From assembly GCF_039654945.1 (NCBI RefSeq), contig NW_027361864.1, forward strand, positions 3,534,001 through 3,598,000: a stretch of DNA of 64,000 nucleotides. The letters are read 5' to 3'. Below, in pieces: positions 12,831 to 24,999 of this stretch. Position 1 is the first letter of the stretch, and each line of letters starts with the position of its first letter. Origin of the DNA: Dendrobates tinctorius (Eukaryota). The notes beneath the pieces were generated by a model, which searched no databases, was not told where the DNA came from, and saw nothing but the letters and a program-made list of their open reading frames with translations. The position numbers and the translations under genes are program-made.

Positions 12831-13905
12831 ACAATTTTTAGCGGTAAATCCATATTATGAGGATATTTAAACTATCTATGGTCTTTATTCACTCTCAACA
12901 TAATCTGCATGTTCCACCAATTAAAAGCATACAAAGAGAATTAAAGGACATGGGTCTACGCGTTTCGAGCATAACTGCTCTTGGTCCTGTCAGGTTTAGT
13001 GGTCTCTTTTTATTCTCATTGTATGTTTTGATTTAGACTTGTGTAGAGCACAAGAACGTTGTGTGAGTGGGCTGGCTGACTTGCTCATTTCATTAGGCCG
13101 ACGCATTTACAGACAAGAGGGCTGGCTGGGGGCAATTCCAGGTTTGTACTGATTCCTTTACATGGTTTGCACAAGACAGTGGTAGAATGTTACTTACGTA
13201 TAACAGATTTAGGAAGTGGTTTCTGCCAGTTACTATACAAAGAACGCCTTCTGCAACACCGAACGTTCCATTATTCTGGACAATTTTTTTCTTTTGATTT
13301 GGGAAATTTTAGGGTTTGGTCAACCCTTTACCCTTTTAGGTAAACCCACAGTTAAAAGTTGTGTCCTCAGACCGGTGACCATGGAGGACACAACCCTCAT
13401 ATGTTCTTCTGTGAAGGCCACATAACCTCTGCACAGGACGTGCTGCGTACGTCATTCACCCTGGATTCTGTAAAATTAGAATTATAATTAAAAAAAAAGT
13501 ATAATATTGTTTTATCATTTCCTGTCTATGCAGCAATGAAAGAGCAGCTGCTCAAGATGAAATCTTTGATGCCCCTACGTTTAAAACCTTTGTGCCAAAG
13601 GAGGCATACAGGGGCACATTTGCTGGTCCAAATGATTATCCAACATTGATGACTAGTGACTACCTGTAATTACTCTGTGTACACTCTCCATGTCTGCTCT
13701 CCATCAGATAACGAGCTTCAATTACCTGTTCATAATGGCGGTGCAGGTAGTGATCTGATGCTCCCAGCCTTTAATCTGTATAACTCATAACCCCACTCCT
13801 CATTTGCTCATTTGCATTTGCCAATACTGTTTTTTTTGTTTTATGATATTTGTTGCCTTTTTTTTTTCCTCCAAAGTTTTCAAAATGGTGCACACAATTC
13901 ATTAA

Positions 13906-15719
13906 AGTGAACCTTTCAGCAGGATTTTGCTAAGTAAACTTCAGGTAATGTCAGGTTGAAAGTGTTAAATTGATTAGAAAGGAAAGACCAAGGAAAGACC
14001 TGCCCACAGGCCACCCCGAAGCGCAGTCTGTCTGTCTCTATGATGAGGAACATGTTTGGGCTTCGGTGCGGCCTGTGGGAAGGTCTTTCCTTGGTGTCTC
14101 TGGCTTAGAGCGGGAAGATAAGACTCTGCCTACAGTCCTGCCCCGCAGCACGGGTGTATCATTAGCGGCAAAATTCTAAGGCCGGGTGCCCACAATCCGA
14201 CACTAGCAGTGCTTTGGGCATAGAGCGTTTTCGCTGTGTCCAAAGCGCTGCTGTCTATTGAACACAGGTAAATCACACGTCTCCACTGAACTGTGCGGAT
14301 TCACCACATTCAATACATTCTACTGGTGAAAATTTTCTAGTGTCTCTGCAAGAGAAAGTGACATACTGCGGTCTGGAGAGATGTGCCGCATGCCAGTGTC
14401 TGCGGGTGAGCCGCGGGCGTCTCTGGACGCAAAGTAAACTATGTGTAACATCTGGACACTGCGGGTTTGAAGCTGCATAAGTACGCAGCTACGAGCAGGA
14501 ACGCGGGTTGCAGTGACGGGACGCAGGCAGAGCAAGGGTTAACAGGTTTATTTACAGGGGAATACTCCACGCAGGGAGGTAAAAGGTTAAACAATATAAA
14601 TGACAACGGATTTTGCAAGGTGAGGTACAACGGTACAGTTAACAGCAGTTCAGTAGTGAGCGTGTTAGGAAGTCCTAAATCTGCAGCTCCGGCTGCGTAC
14701 TCGATTGCGCTGACAGCGGCTGGCGCGATGTCCTTTCCAGTGGGGCCAAGTAAGTGACAATACCCCTTCTTCTAGTAACAGTGGTCGGTCTCCGGTACCT
14801 TCCACTGCCCCTACTGTAGTGGCTGAACAACAGTAAGGGCCACAGTCCTGTACGAGCCCAGAATGGCTTTGCAAGTATACGAAGGCCAAATGAAGTCACA
14901 GGTGTCTGGGGCCGAGATTTACTAGCACAGTCAGGGTGTAGGTTACGGTCACGCTACTGGTCTCTCTCAGGCGGCACACGCACGGTACTCACGATCCTGG
15001 AGTGTCTAGCTCCTGGCTTTATGTCAGCCAACAGGCACACACTGCCCGTCTCTCTCTCTCTGGTCCCCGCAGTTGGCGGTGGGTGACAACGGTCGCTGGT
15101 CTGTGTGGGGCTGGTGCTCCCCGGACAGAGCACTTCTCTCTCTCGCTGCTGCAACACCCGGCTCAGCTCTGCTCTGTGTGTGAGGCTCTGCTCTGCACAG
15201 CTCTCTCTGCAGGCGATGGGAGATCCTTCTATATGGCTCATCGCCACACCGTTACTCTCTGGGGGGGAAGCAGAGCGCGCTGCTCACCGCTCTGCACGCT
15301 GCTCTCTGCTCTGCTCCCCTCCTGCGCCAGACTGCCCAGCTTTGCGTGCTTTTTCCTTTTATGCTCTGCTGCGCGCCCTTTTCTGGCTCTCCCCGCCTCT
15401 CTGGGTCAGCAGGAAGCTCTGTCTCTCTCCTTCCCTCCGGCAGCAGGGGAAGGTCCGCCCCACTCAGGCTTCCCCCTGGTAACAAAGGATGCAGCCTTTC
15501 TAGTTCCGAACCTGGAATGCAGGTACCTGCGGTCCGGTTTATCTCCTTACACAGCGTCCAACCCGCAGCAACTCCGGATCGTGGGCACGTACCCTAACAC
15601 TGCTTACACAGAACCACAAGACGGATTTCTTGACCCCAGGTGTCATTTTAATCAGTATAACAGCTCTAACCTGACACTGTCTGTAATTTAGGCAGCAAAA
15701 TCCTGATCACAGGTTCCCT
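13906..15719. mobile_element. Kolobok/T2-like non-autonomous element with nested insertions (Harbinger-like fragment; LTR-like segment ~14442-15610)
   Basis: TTAA-AGTGAACCTTTCAGCAGGATTTTGC ... GCAAAATCCTGATCACAGGTTCCCT-TTAA; the inner segment has TGTGTAA...TTACACA ends but no clear TSD. Confidence 0.55.
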
Positions 15720-16156
15720 TTAAATTTGCACAATATAAAAAGTGTTCTTTATTTTTGACTTTTACCTTTCTTTAGCACTTTACAGACACTGTCCCCATTG
15801 GGGCTCACAATCTACTTTACCTATCGGTGTGTCTGTGGAATGCGGGAGGAAACCGGAGGAAACCAGGAGGAAACCCACATAAATTGGGCACTGGCACCAC
15901 ATGCAAACCCCAGGAGAGCGAGCGCTGGCACCGCTGGAAGGGCGCCGGCACGGGAGGCGAGTATAGGCTTTATTATTGTATCTAGGCCAAACATTTAGCT
16001 CAAGAAGGGGAAGTCGTAGTAGTGGACACCCCCTTTAAGATGAAGTGTGAGCCCTAACGTGTAAAGCCAGACAGCGTCTCCGGCAGCCCCAGACAGCCAC
16101 TCCTGGGAGCTGCACAGTACATGGAAAACCTGAGCTTCTCCACCATGAACTATAAC

Positions 16157-16454
16157 CAGTATCGGACTGGGGTGCCAAGGGCCCACCAGTAACGTTGACT
16201 GTGGGGGGGGTGGGCCCACTTTTCATCTGCATACAACTATTACACTACCCTTGTTCACAAATTTACCTATACCTCTATATAATAATAAACTGGGTAGTTT
16301 GGTTACTGAATGATGAGGTGCTACTTTTTTTCTGTACGGAGTGAGTCGAGTGAATTATGCCAAGTACTGCCCGTACAGTAGTGTTGGAGGCCCAGATCTG
16401 CACAGCGGCCCACCGGGGGATTCCACTGTTACCCTGTGGACCAGTCCGAGCCTG
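16157..16454. mobile_element. hAT-type MITE, family A copy 2
   Basis: CAGTATCGGACTGG...CCAGTCCGAGCCTG; TSD ACTATAAC/ACTAGAAC (7/8). Confidence 0.88.
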
Positions 16455-16489
16455 ACTAGAACTATCACTTGATGTCACCCTACACCTTC

Positions 16490-16875
16490 TCCGTGACGTC
16501 AGGCTTCCTGGTGACATCACGACCTGTGGGCAAGCAAAGCTTAGCACCCAGCTAGCTGCCTTCACCACGTCCATATACATATATAAAGTAACGCGTGACG
16601 TCAGAACACCCACAGCCAATCAGACTATGAGCTACAAGCTGGGAGCTGACCAATCACGGCTCAGAAGCCGCGTCGCCAATCATCAGCGCCTGAGCACAGC
16701 GCGTGTAACGGTTTCTGAATAAAAACTGACGTGGCCCCGCCTACTCGGCGAAATAATAAAAAAAAAAAAACCGCTGTGTAGAGCCAAGCGGTGATTGGAG
16801 GGATGTGAGAGCCTGCGGCCAATGAAATCGACTTGCACCAGGGTGCGTGGGCGGGCTTCCCGTGACGTCACTGCT
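16490..16875 (+). promoter_or_regulatory. dnajb5: CpG-rich dnajb5 promoter
   Basis: Full CRE TGACGTCA at 16494, 16596 and 16863; CCAAT at 16616, 16650, 16676 and 16819; ATTGG at 16794; TGACGTGG at 16727; GC box at 16849; followed by a strong splice donor. Confidence 0.75.
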
Positions 16876-16945
16876 GGTAGTTGCCGGCTGTCTCTGGAGT
16901 CTGGGATTCAGTTGGGCGCTGAGAAGGCAGCCGGGCGGCGGACGG
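16875..16945 (+). other. dnajb5: Putative non-coding first exon of dnajb5 (start approximate)
   Basis: CGG|GTAAGT donor at 16946 immediately downstream of the promoter motifs; the next exon has an acceptor at 28028 upstream of the ATG. Confidence 0.65.
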
Positions 16946-17484
16946 GTAAGTGAGCGCTGATCTGCGCATGCGTGAGTGACTATTTGTGCCTGTCTGTCAT
17001 GTATCACTGCAGTCAGTGTCAGATCACCGGCAGGAGGGAGGAGGAGGTTCACCTGCTGCCTGCAGACCCTGTGAAGGAGGATCTGGGACTGGCAGGTCCG
17101 CATGCTACACTATAGAGAACGCCCTACTATTGTGTGGTGAGCACCATCACCCTCCATCCTCTGCTCTCACCCAGTGTTCATATTATATAGGCAACTGGAA
17201 ATAATGACCCCTCGAATTGTCCTGTGACCCTGGCGTCGATCAGGAAGATCTCTGTGACCTATTATCTCCTCCCCTGCAGCCTGTGCTGGTACAGAGCGGA
17301 TCCTGCAGGGGCAGACAGGCAGCATAGTGTCCCCCAGCCTCCTAGGGACCTTCTCTTAGGACAAGCGGTTTGGGCGGCTTCTATCAGTAGTGACATCATG
17401 AACAGTCCTGGGGACCCCGTAGTGTGTCCCCGTGTGTGTACAGCCGGGAATCACGGGACGGACCAGAGCTCTTCTGACCAGTCC

Positions 17485-18320
17485 CCATAGTCAGTGATCC
17501 CCCCCCCCCCTCCATAGTCAGTGATCCCCCCCCTCCATAGTCAGTGGTCTCCCCCCGTCCGTATAGTCAGTGGTCTCCCCCCGTCCGTATAGTCAGTGGT
17601 CTCCCCCCGTCCGTATAGTCAGTGGTCTCCCCCCGTCCGTATAGTCAGTGGTCTCCCCCCCTCCGTATAGTCAGTGGTCTCCCCCCCTCCGTATAGTCAG
17701 TGGTCTCCCCCCCTCCGTATAGTCAGTGGTCTCCCCCCCCCCCCTCCGTATAGTCAGTGGTCTCCCCCCCCCCTCCGTATAGTCAGTGGTCTCCCCCCCC
17801 CCCTCCGTATAGTCAGTGGACTCCCCCCCCCTCCGTATAGTCAGTGGTCTCCCCCCCCCCCCCTCCGTATAGTCAGTGGTCTCCCCCCCCTCCGTATAGT
17901 CAGTGGTCTCCCCCCCCCCCCCTCCGTATAGTCAGTGGTCTCCCCCCCCCCCTCCGTATAGTCAGTGGTCTCCCCCCCCCCCTCCGTATAGTCAGTGGTC
18001 TCCCCCCCCCCTCCGTATAGTCAGTGGTCTCCCCCCCCCCTCCGTATAGTCAGTGGTCTCCCCCCCCCCTCCGTATAGTCAGTGGTCTCCCCCCCCCCCT
18101 CCGTATAGTCAGTGGTCTCCCCCCCCCCTCCGTATAGTCAGTGGTCTCCCCCCCCCCCCCTCCGTATAGTCAGTGGTCTCCCCCCCCCCCCCTCCGTATA
18201 GTCAGTGGTCTCCCCCCCCCCCTCCGTATAGTCAGTGGTCTCCCCCCCCTCCGTATAGTCAGTGGTCTCCCCCCCCCTCCGTATAGTCAGTGGTCTCCCC
18301 CCCCTCCGTATAGTCAGCGA
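17485..18320. repeat. ~26-33 bp minisatellite with a variable poly-C run (TCCGTATAGTCAGTGGTCT(C)n)
   Basis: About 28 units read directly. Confidence 0.95.
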
Positions 18321-20104
18321 TCCCCCCTCCATCGGGTACATTTGTGTCCCCGTTCCACTGGCAGATTCGCCATCTCTTTCCGCCATGTCCTCACCAATGA
18401 GTTCATGCCTGGTAACGTGACTGGGAATTACCACGCCGGAGAGGCTTCATTCATAGGGAGGACGGCGGGGAACGCTGCACAGCGCTCGCAGTCCATTCAC
18501 GTCTCCCAGCGACCAGGGGAAAATCCGAGCCCCCTCCCCGACCTCATCCCCCTAATTACAGATGAGGTGGGGGGCAGTGATGTCATGTCTTGTTATCTCG
18601 GTTGGGTGAATGGATACATTAACAGTATAAGGGCTTCTACTTGTGAAGCCAGTGTCACAGCAATGATTTTTACATAGGACTGCATTTGCATTAGATCCAA
18701 ACCCAATGGGGCATTTGGGCTCGCTCCTGTAAGGGTCTCGGCGCTTTCCCTGTTCTCCTGCGGGGTAGCCATGGAATTAAGGTTCCTCCTCGTCGCCTCA
18801 GATTGGCCGTGCCATGTGGGACGAGCACGGATCCAATTCCGCCTGGCACAAGTGTTGGGTTTGCAGCGCTTTCCATGCCCATCTGTGCTGTGCAGAGCGA
18901 CCCTCCCTGCCCATCGACCCTCCCTGCCCATCGACCCTCCCTGCCCATCGCTGCGAGCTATATCTAGCACTGGAATGTGTCCCCTCCCCCGACTCCCAAT
19001 TCCCAGAAATCCCAGAGCTGGGATCCCATCCGGATGTTTTCGTTACACAGCAGTTCACACTAATTGCTGATCATTTGCATGAAAACATCTTAATTGCTCA
19101 ATTACTGATTGATTGTCGTAGGAGGTGGAAGCTTTGGATCTGTCCAGACTTTGTAGTATCATATCTGATAAAAAAAAAATTGGGAGCTAGAGAAGGTTTT
19201 TTTTTTTTTTTTCATGCCATTTTTCCTTTTTCTTTGAAACTTTTAAGGCTATTTTAGTTAAAGGGGTTCTCTGGGTGTGCGATATTGATGACCGATCAGT
19301 AGCTGATCGCTTGGAGTCCGACCCCGACACCTCCATCGATCAGCTGTTATTGCTTCTGGCTCAGGATAGATGTAACCTCTACGCAGCTCGGATCAGTGGG
19401 TAGCAGTCACTGCTGGGTGCTGCAGATCGGCTTCTATTCTTTTGAAGGATGGAGCTAATCACAGCTGATCTTGGGGGTGTCAGATGACGGACCCCACTCC
19501 GTCTGATATTGACGACCTTTTTTAGGATTATTCACTTATACCCTTTGCCTGGAGAGCCCTGTTACGTGTAGTTGCTCCATGGTCCAATTCCATTGTAGGC
19601 ATTTTCGGGAATGGACTGTGGTCAGCATGGGTGCTCTGATAAATCTGTGACTACACAGCCCCACAGACTGAAAGACAACTGTGTACCTGGCAGTAACCTT
19701 CCCGAGCATGTGCTACAGTCGCTCTTCTGGGAGATCGGACCACACCGGCTCGCTTTCTGTCCTCGGTCATCCTTTCATTGGACCACCTTCAGTAGCTGCT
19801 AATCACTGCATATGGAAACACCCTGCAGGTCATTTTGGAGAACCTACTTACGCGTGCCCATGTTTCCTGCTTCCAACACATCAACATCGGGCAGTTCTCT
19901 GTTCAGTGGTTTTATTATTATGGCTTATTGATATCTACGACCCAAACTACAGATGTCACCTGCCATCGTTCAGGCATCAGGCAGGAGGTGATGTATCAGT
20001 AACTAGACAGATTTGCCCTTCAGGGTAACCATGACCTCTATTTCTTATGTTTCAGGGTGACCACCAATGGCTGCCAGGCCTACTTGTGCTCTGATCAATA
20101 TGCG

Positions 20105-20368
20105 TATTATTATGCATTGCTTATATAGCTCCATTAATTCCGCAGATCTTTGCATCTCTGTCCCCATTGGGGCTCACAATCTACATTCCCTATCAGTAAG
20201 TCTAGAGTGTGGGAGGAAACCGGAGAACCCGGAGGAAACCCACACAAACACGGGGAGAACAGACAACCTCCTTACAGATTGTCATGGTGGGATTTGAACC
20301 CAGGACCCCAGCGCTGCAAAGCTGCAGTACTAACCACTGAGCCACTGTGCTAACCACCGAGCCACCAT
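20105..20368 (-). mobile_element. tRNA-derived SINE (V-SINE-like)
   Basis: Minus-strand A box TGGCTCAGTGG and B box GGTTCAAATCC; body shared with 23204-23455 and with a fragment at about 15770-15880. Confidence 0.75.
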
Positions 20369-23203
20369 GACAGCAATACAGGATGGTAGTTGTGCCTGCT
20401 TGATTATACAGACATGACGATTGGGTGACGAGGACAACAGCATGTCTGATTTTTGCCGTTAAGTCACTTTGCTCTCATCTTGGGACACTGTACTCCGCGG
20501 CGTACCTCTTATTTGTACATCCGCCTAAATAATTGCCTGAACTTCCAGGACCTCCCTTCTTATGAATCAGCCATCTAACAGCTTGTGGCGTTTGTATTCA
20601 CGCCGGCGTGCTCAGCGGCAGACGAGCGCCTGTCACTGTGACTCACTCAGAAAATGAAATAATTTGCAGGAATCTCGTTCTTCCGGCTTTTCCTTTTTAG
20701 GATGGCACTCTCATCTGGTTCTCTTCTACCGCCGTTTTTTTTGCACTCATCTAGCTGTTTTTTTTTTTTTTTACCAATCACGGGTGGAACTGGAAATGCT
20801 AATCGCCTGGAAATTGCTGGATGTTTCATTTTCTGAAATCTCCGATTAAAAATGGCCTGAAACTGTGAACAAGGAGGATGTCCAAGAGTTTGTGTTACTG
20901 GACAGGTCCCACAGAGGCGACAGAGGTTCCTCAAGGTAGACAGAGGTTCCTCAAGGTAGAGGTGGCTGTGATTTCCTTCTATCCACTAATGGGGGGCACA
21001 GGGGGTTATTTCATTCTTAGCAGGAGCCTCCTGCAAACATTTGCAGACCTTGGGGATTGGGTTATATATTAAACCTAGTCCTGTTTGTGCAGCACAGCTG
21101 TTTTCTGCCTGATAAGGGTTTTTTTCTTTTCCTGGTAGTTTTCAGGGTCTGACAGTGTAGGTATACTGACTGAGGATTGCCTAAATAGGGGATCAGCTAG
21201 GATATCAGATCGGTGGGGGTCTGGGTTTGCTCTGTCTGCAGCACTCACCTGAGATACCATGGAAGCATTAGCGAGGCTGTAATATTCCCATGAGGGTCGT
21301 GACCTTTTTAATCAGCTTCTCAGGGGGAGTCGAGAGTCGGTCCCCACTGATCAAATATTACAGACCTATCCTGAGGAGGATAAGCCATCAGTATTGTGAT
21401 CCTAAATCCCTGGCCACACACTAGAGATCTTGAACATTGAAGAGGCCGATTATAACCATTTTCTGTCGACCTACGGAACTTTTTCGGTATCATCAGAGTC
21501 TATTCATAGTGTTGAATCGGGTCAAAGTTTTCGAAACTACCCTGTTAATTGAATCGAATATTAAATTGAGATTAAATCTCTGAAGATCGGCCAAATAAAG
21601 GCATGAAGCGGGAGATGGCAAGTAAGTACTGACACGGGGCTTTGTCCTCGTTTCGATGTGGCTGAGGTCATGTTTCCAGCTGCACGGCTGATTCATGGCA
21701 CAAGAATATCAGTTCTTGCAGAGAAGAGCGATGCTTAACATCACATTGCTGAAAACACTGGGGAGTAGTGATGATGGCAACTAAGAGACATTCACCCTGG
21801 AATGTTATTAATAGCCTCCGAACAGCAGGATTGGTCAGATACGTACAGCAATGAAGTCATTCCTTCCAGCTGGGTGACACATGGTAGAGAAATTCCTGGA
21901 ATTGCCCAAGAAGTTGAGTTGGGTTGGGTTTGTCAGCTGCCGTGAGAAACTGGAGGTTTCATTTCAGAGACTTTCACTGAACGTTGGCAATAAAGGATTC
22001 GGAGAAGAGGTTACCTGTAATCGTGTGATCGACCATGTTGTCGAAGGTCTAAAAAAACCCAAGACTTTGTGCCAAGTATTCACACATCAGTTGCCTTTTT
22101 ACACATTGGATACAGCTAATGCCTGTTTTAGTAGAATGATCTCCTCGATAAATGCAACTTATCTAACAATCATACTCCTATAGAAGTCAACAGCGGTTGG
22201 GCCACCACTTTGGCTCCCCCACTCACGAGTGCATCTGTGTAGGCCATGAAGAGGCAGCAAAGTCAGATCGTTATCCCTGCTCGTCATGGACTACATAGCT
22301 GGAACTATATAATAAGTTAACTTTCACCCAAGCGGGTGAAGTGGATGGTAGAAATTGGTCAAGAGTCTCACAACTACCTCAGTCTCTTTCCACTCCTCAC
22401 ACGTAGGATGGCCTTTACCCCTGTAGGACCTCACCATTCATTTTGTCTCTATGGTACAGACGGACAGCATGTATTTCCGGGACACTGGCATCTCAAACAC
22501 AGTTATGACGTAGTTATGCTTTCATACCTAAATCTGGTTCTACTTGGTCCAATGTGAGCCAACCTGACAAATGGACAAGATTTGAGAAAGTGTTATTTAT
22601 GCGAGAAGGGCCTGACGTGGGCACCCCAGTTCCACCAACTTCACTGAGGTATGTGGCGTTTTGTGCCTCATGTCTACTTTGTTAGCTGCCACTTGTATTC
22701 TCAGAAATAGGGGCAGCATGTGGGCGGCAGACGCATTGTGTAATGTTCTCAGAAGTAGGTGAGGGCACCCGATGTTCCTTAGGATCTATAGATAAAGCAA
22801 GTGACAAAGTAGGTGGGCTTTACACAGAACTTTCAGCATGATATCCCAGCATTTATACAATACAGTTCAACCGCCCACACACTCATCTGAGCACATAGTG
22901 TTTCCAGAACATAGAAGTGAGCTATAAAGGGGATTTAACCCTTTTACATCCTTCTCAAAGCCTTGTCCTCCCACCATAGGATTTTCATTTATCTATCTGC
23001 AATGTGACATGTCCGGTTGTTAAAACTTCTTACAGAGATGACTCTTCGACAAGTAATGAAAATCTGCAAAAGAGGAAATCCACTTCTAGATATCTATTGC
23101 CATGTTGGAGTTTCTGTAGAAAGACCCTAAACATAGGTCCATGACTGCCTCCAAGAACAAGAAGACCTTGGGTCTCTGGCTTGAGATTGCTGTAACTTGA
23201 AAA

Positions 23204-23455
23204 TTATTTTACTCACTTAGCACCATCAATTCTGCAGCGCTTCACAGACATTATCGACACTGTCCCCATTGGGGCTCACAATCTAGATTCCCTATTTAGT
23301 ATGTCTATGGAGTGTGGTAAGAAATCGGAGAACCCACAGGACACCCACGCAAACATGGGGAGAACATACAAACTCCTTGCAGATGTTGTCCTTGGTGGGA
23401 TTTGAACCCAGCGCCGCAAGGCTACAGTGCTAACCACTGAGCCACCGTGCTGCCC
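23204..23455 (-). mobile_element. tRNA-derived SINE (V-SINE-like)
   Basis: Minus-strand head GGGCAGCACGGTGGCTCAGTGGTTAGCAC...GGGTTCAAATCCC, followed by a conserved body. Confidence 0.8.
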
Positions 23456-24958
23456 TATGAAACATGAAATTCTCACAACTAACTATAGAAGCCACCACGA
23501 TGTCATACTGCGTAGTCGAAAGTCACCTTTTTCTCTCTCGTCTATAGAATTTTTCTTTGGTTGGCTTTGTACTTACTTGGTCAAAGCAGAATTAATGGCC
23601 ATAAAATCTCAATATTGCAGGGATGATGCTAGCAGAACTAATTCAAACAACTTAGAAGGTAAATTAAATCCTTATAGCAGATGTAGCGGCTTTTAAACTC
23701 CGCATTATAACCGGATAATTGAAGCTAACCGAGCATGGACAATCCCCAAGTGTTTCATCCATAGATAATTGCCTAACATTATGGTCAGCAGGACATTCTC
23801 ATGGCTATACATCCTGAAGAAACATTCTGAGAAGTCTGGCCAAATTCATAAGGGAATGGTTTCTATCCTTGAGACTTTGCAGCTAAATAAATTGGCATTG
23901 TGCCATACCATGTAGGAAGATCACATACAGATTTGGCATAGCAAATAACCTGGATGGCTGTTCTTGAAGTTCTGGTGCTACAATTTGAGTTCTGGAACTT
24001 TGAGCAGCGGTGTAGGAATTAATTTTGTAAATTTGGCATCTTTTGCACCTCCTGAGATAGTCTTCTGACAGGTTACGATGACCTCTTACAGAATGGTGGA
24101 CGTTACACTTGAATGCCAATTGAGGTGGCCTTAATCATTAGAACAAAGTCAAGCGGACCAGGCAATTACAGTGACAAGCTGACTATCTTGTATGTATGGA
24201 AGACTCCTAGCTACCTGTCGTGAAAAAAAAGTATAGGGCATGTTTAAATTTTAATGCCAAATCTTTTTGTTCTTGGGGGATATAAGCTGCTACTAGACAG
24301 CAACTTACTCCCCTCTCCGGATTGAGAACATATCCACACCTAGCCAAACTGAGGTCATGTATGTAGGGAATTCGAGAGGGATAGCTGTCAATCAGCTGAC
24401 AGCTGTTGATGTTGTATGGACACCTATGTGCAGACAGCGCTTTAGGAGTTCTTTTTCTTTCAGTACAGAGTAGGATACTGAATGGGTGAGATGCATTGGC
24501 AGCTTTCGAGGTTCTCCTGGAAGAGAAGCAGATAGGGTTCTTTTACACAATGACCCATGCTATTGTCATTCCCAACCAGCAAACAATGTCAGACAAGAAA
24601 TAGTTGAACAGCGGTGGTTCCAGTCCTACTTTTTGCCGGTCTAATCGTTGAGCAAGCGAACAGTTTCCATTTACATTGCTTAATCTTCAAAAGATGAACG
24701 AGGATGTTTTCACTCTTCCTAAGTAATTTTATGAAAAATGAATAAGTGTTTTTGGGCACATCGTTCAGTCGTTCAACCCATTCACATTATTCATTTATTG
24801 TAAACGATGGGCCGTTACCACTAGAACCTGATAGATCATCGGCCAGTGTAAATGCCACTTTACATGTAGTGCTACCAGCTATATATCTGCAGAGATTCAC
24901 TACTGCCTCCGTGAGCTGTAGCAAAAGACATCTCTCCCTGCCAACCAGTACCAAGCTG

Positions 24959-24999
24959 TGTACTGATGAGGAGCAATGACTCCGAAACAGCTGTCTACA
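24959..24999 (+). ncRNA. Type I hammerhead ribozyme with an intact catalytic core, in dnajb5 intron 1
   Basis: TGTA-CTGATGA-GGAG-CAATGA-CTCC-GAAA-CAGCTG-TC^-TACA; GUC cleavage triplet ending at 24995; palindromic stem III ACAGCTGT. Confidence 0.82.

Noticed and set aside
15002-15691. 229-aa ORF
   Set aside because: Low-complexity CT-rich sequence within an LTR-like repeat; no domain or splice support
17674-18677. Extensin-like Pro-rich ORFs
   Set aside because: Poly-C minisatellite translation; the frame changes with homopolymer length
21400-24200. Possible decayed L1-like LINE fragments
   Set aside because: Only faint peptide resemblance (e.g. PRVS...LADLQRF); no defensible boundaries or catalytic motifs without a profile search
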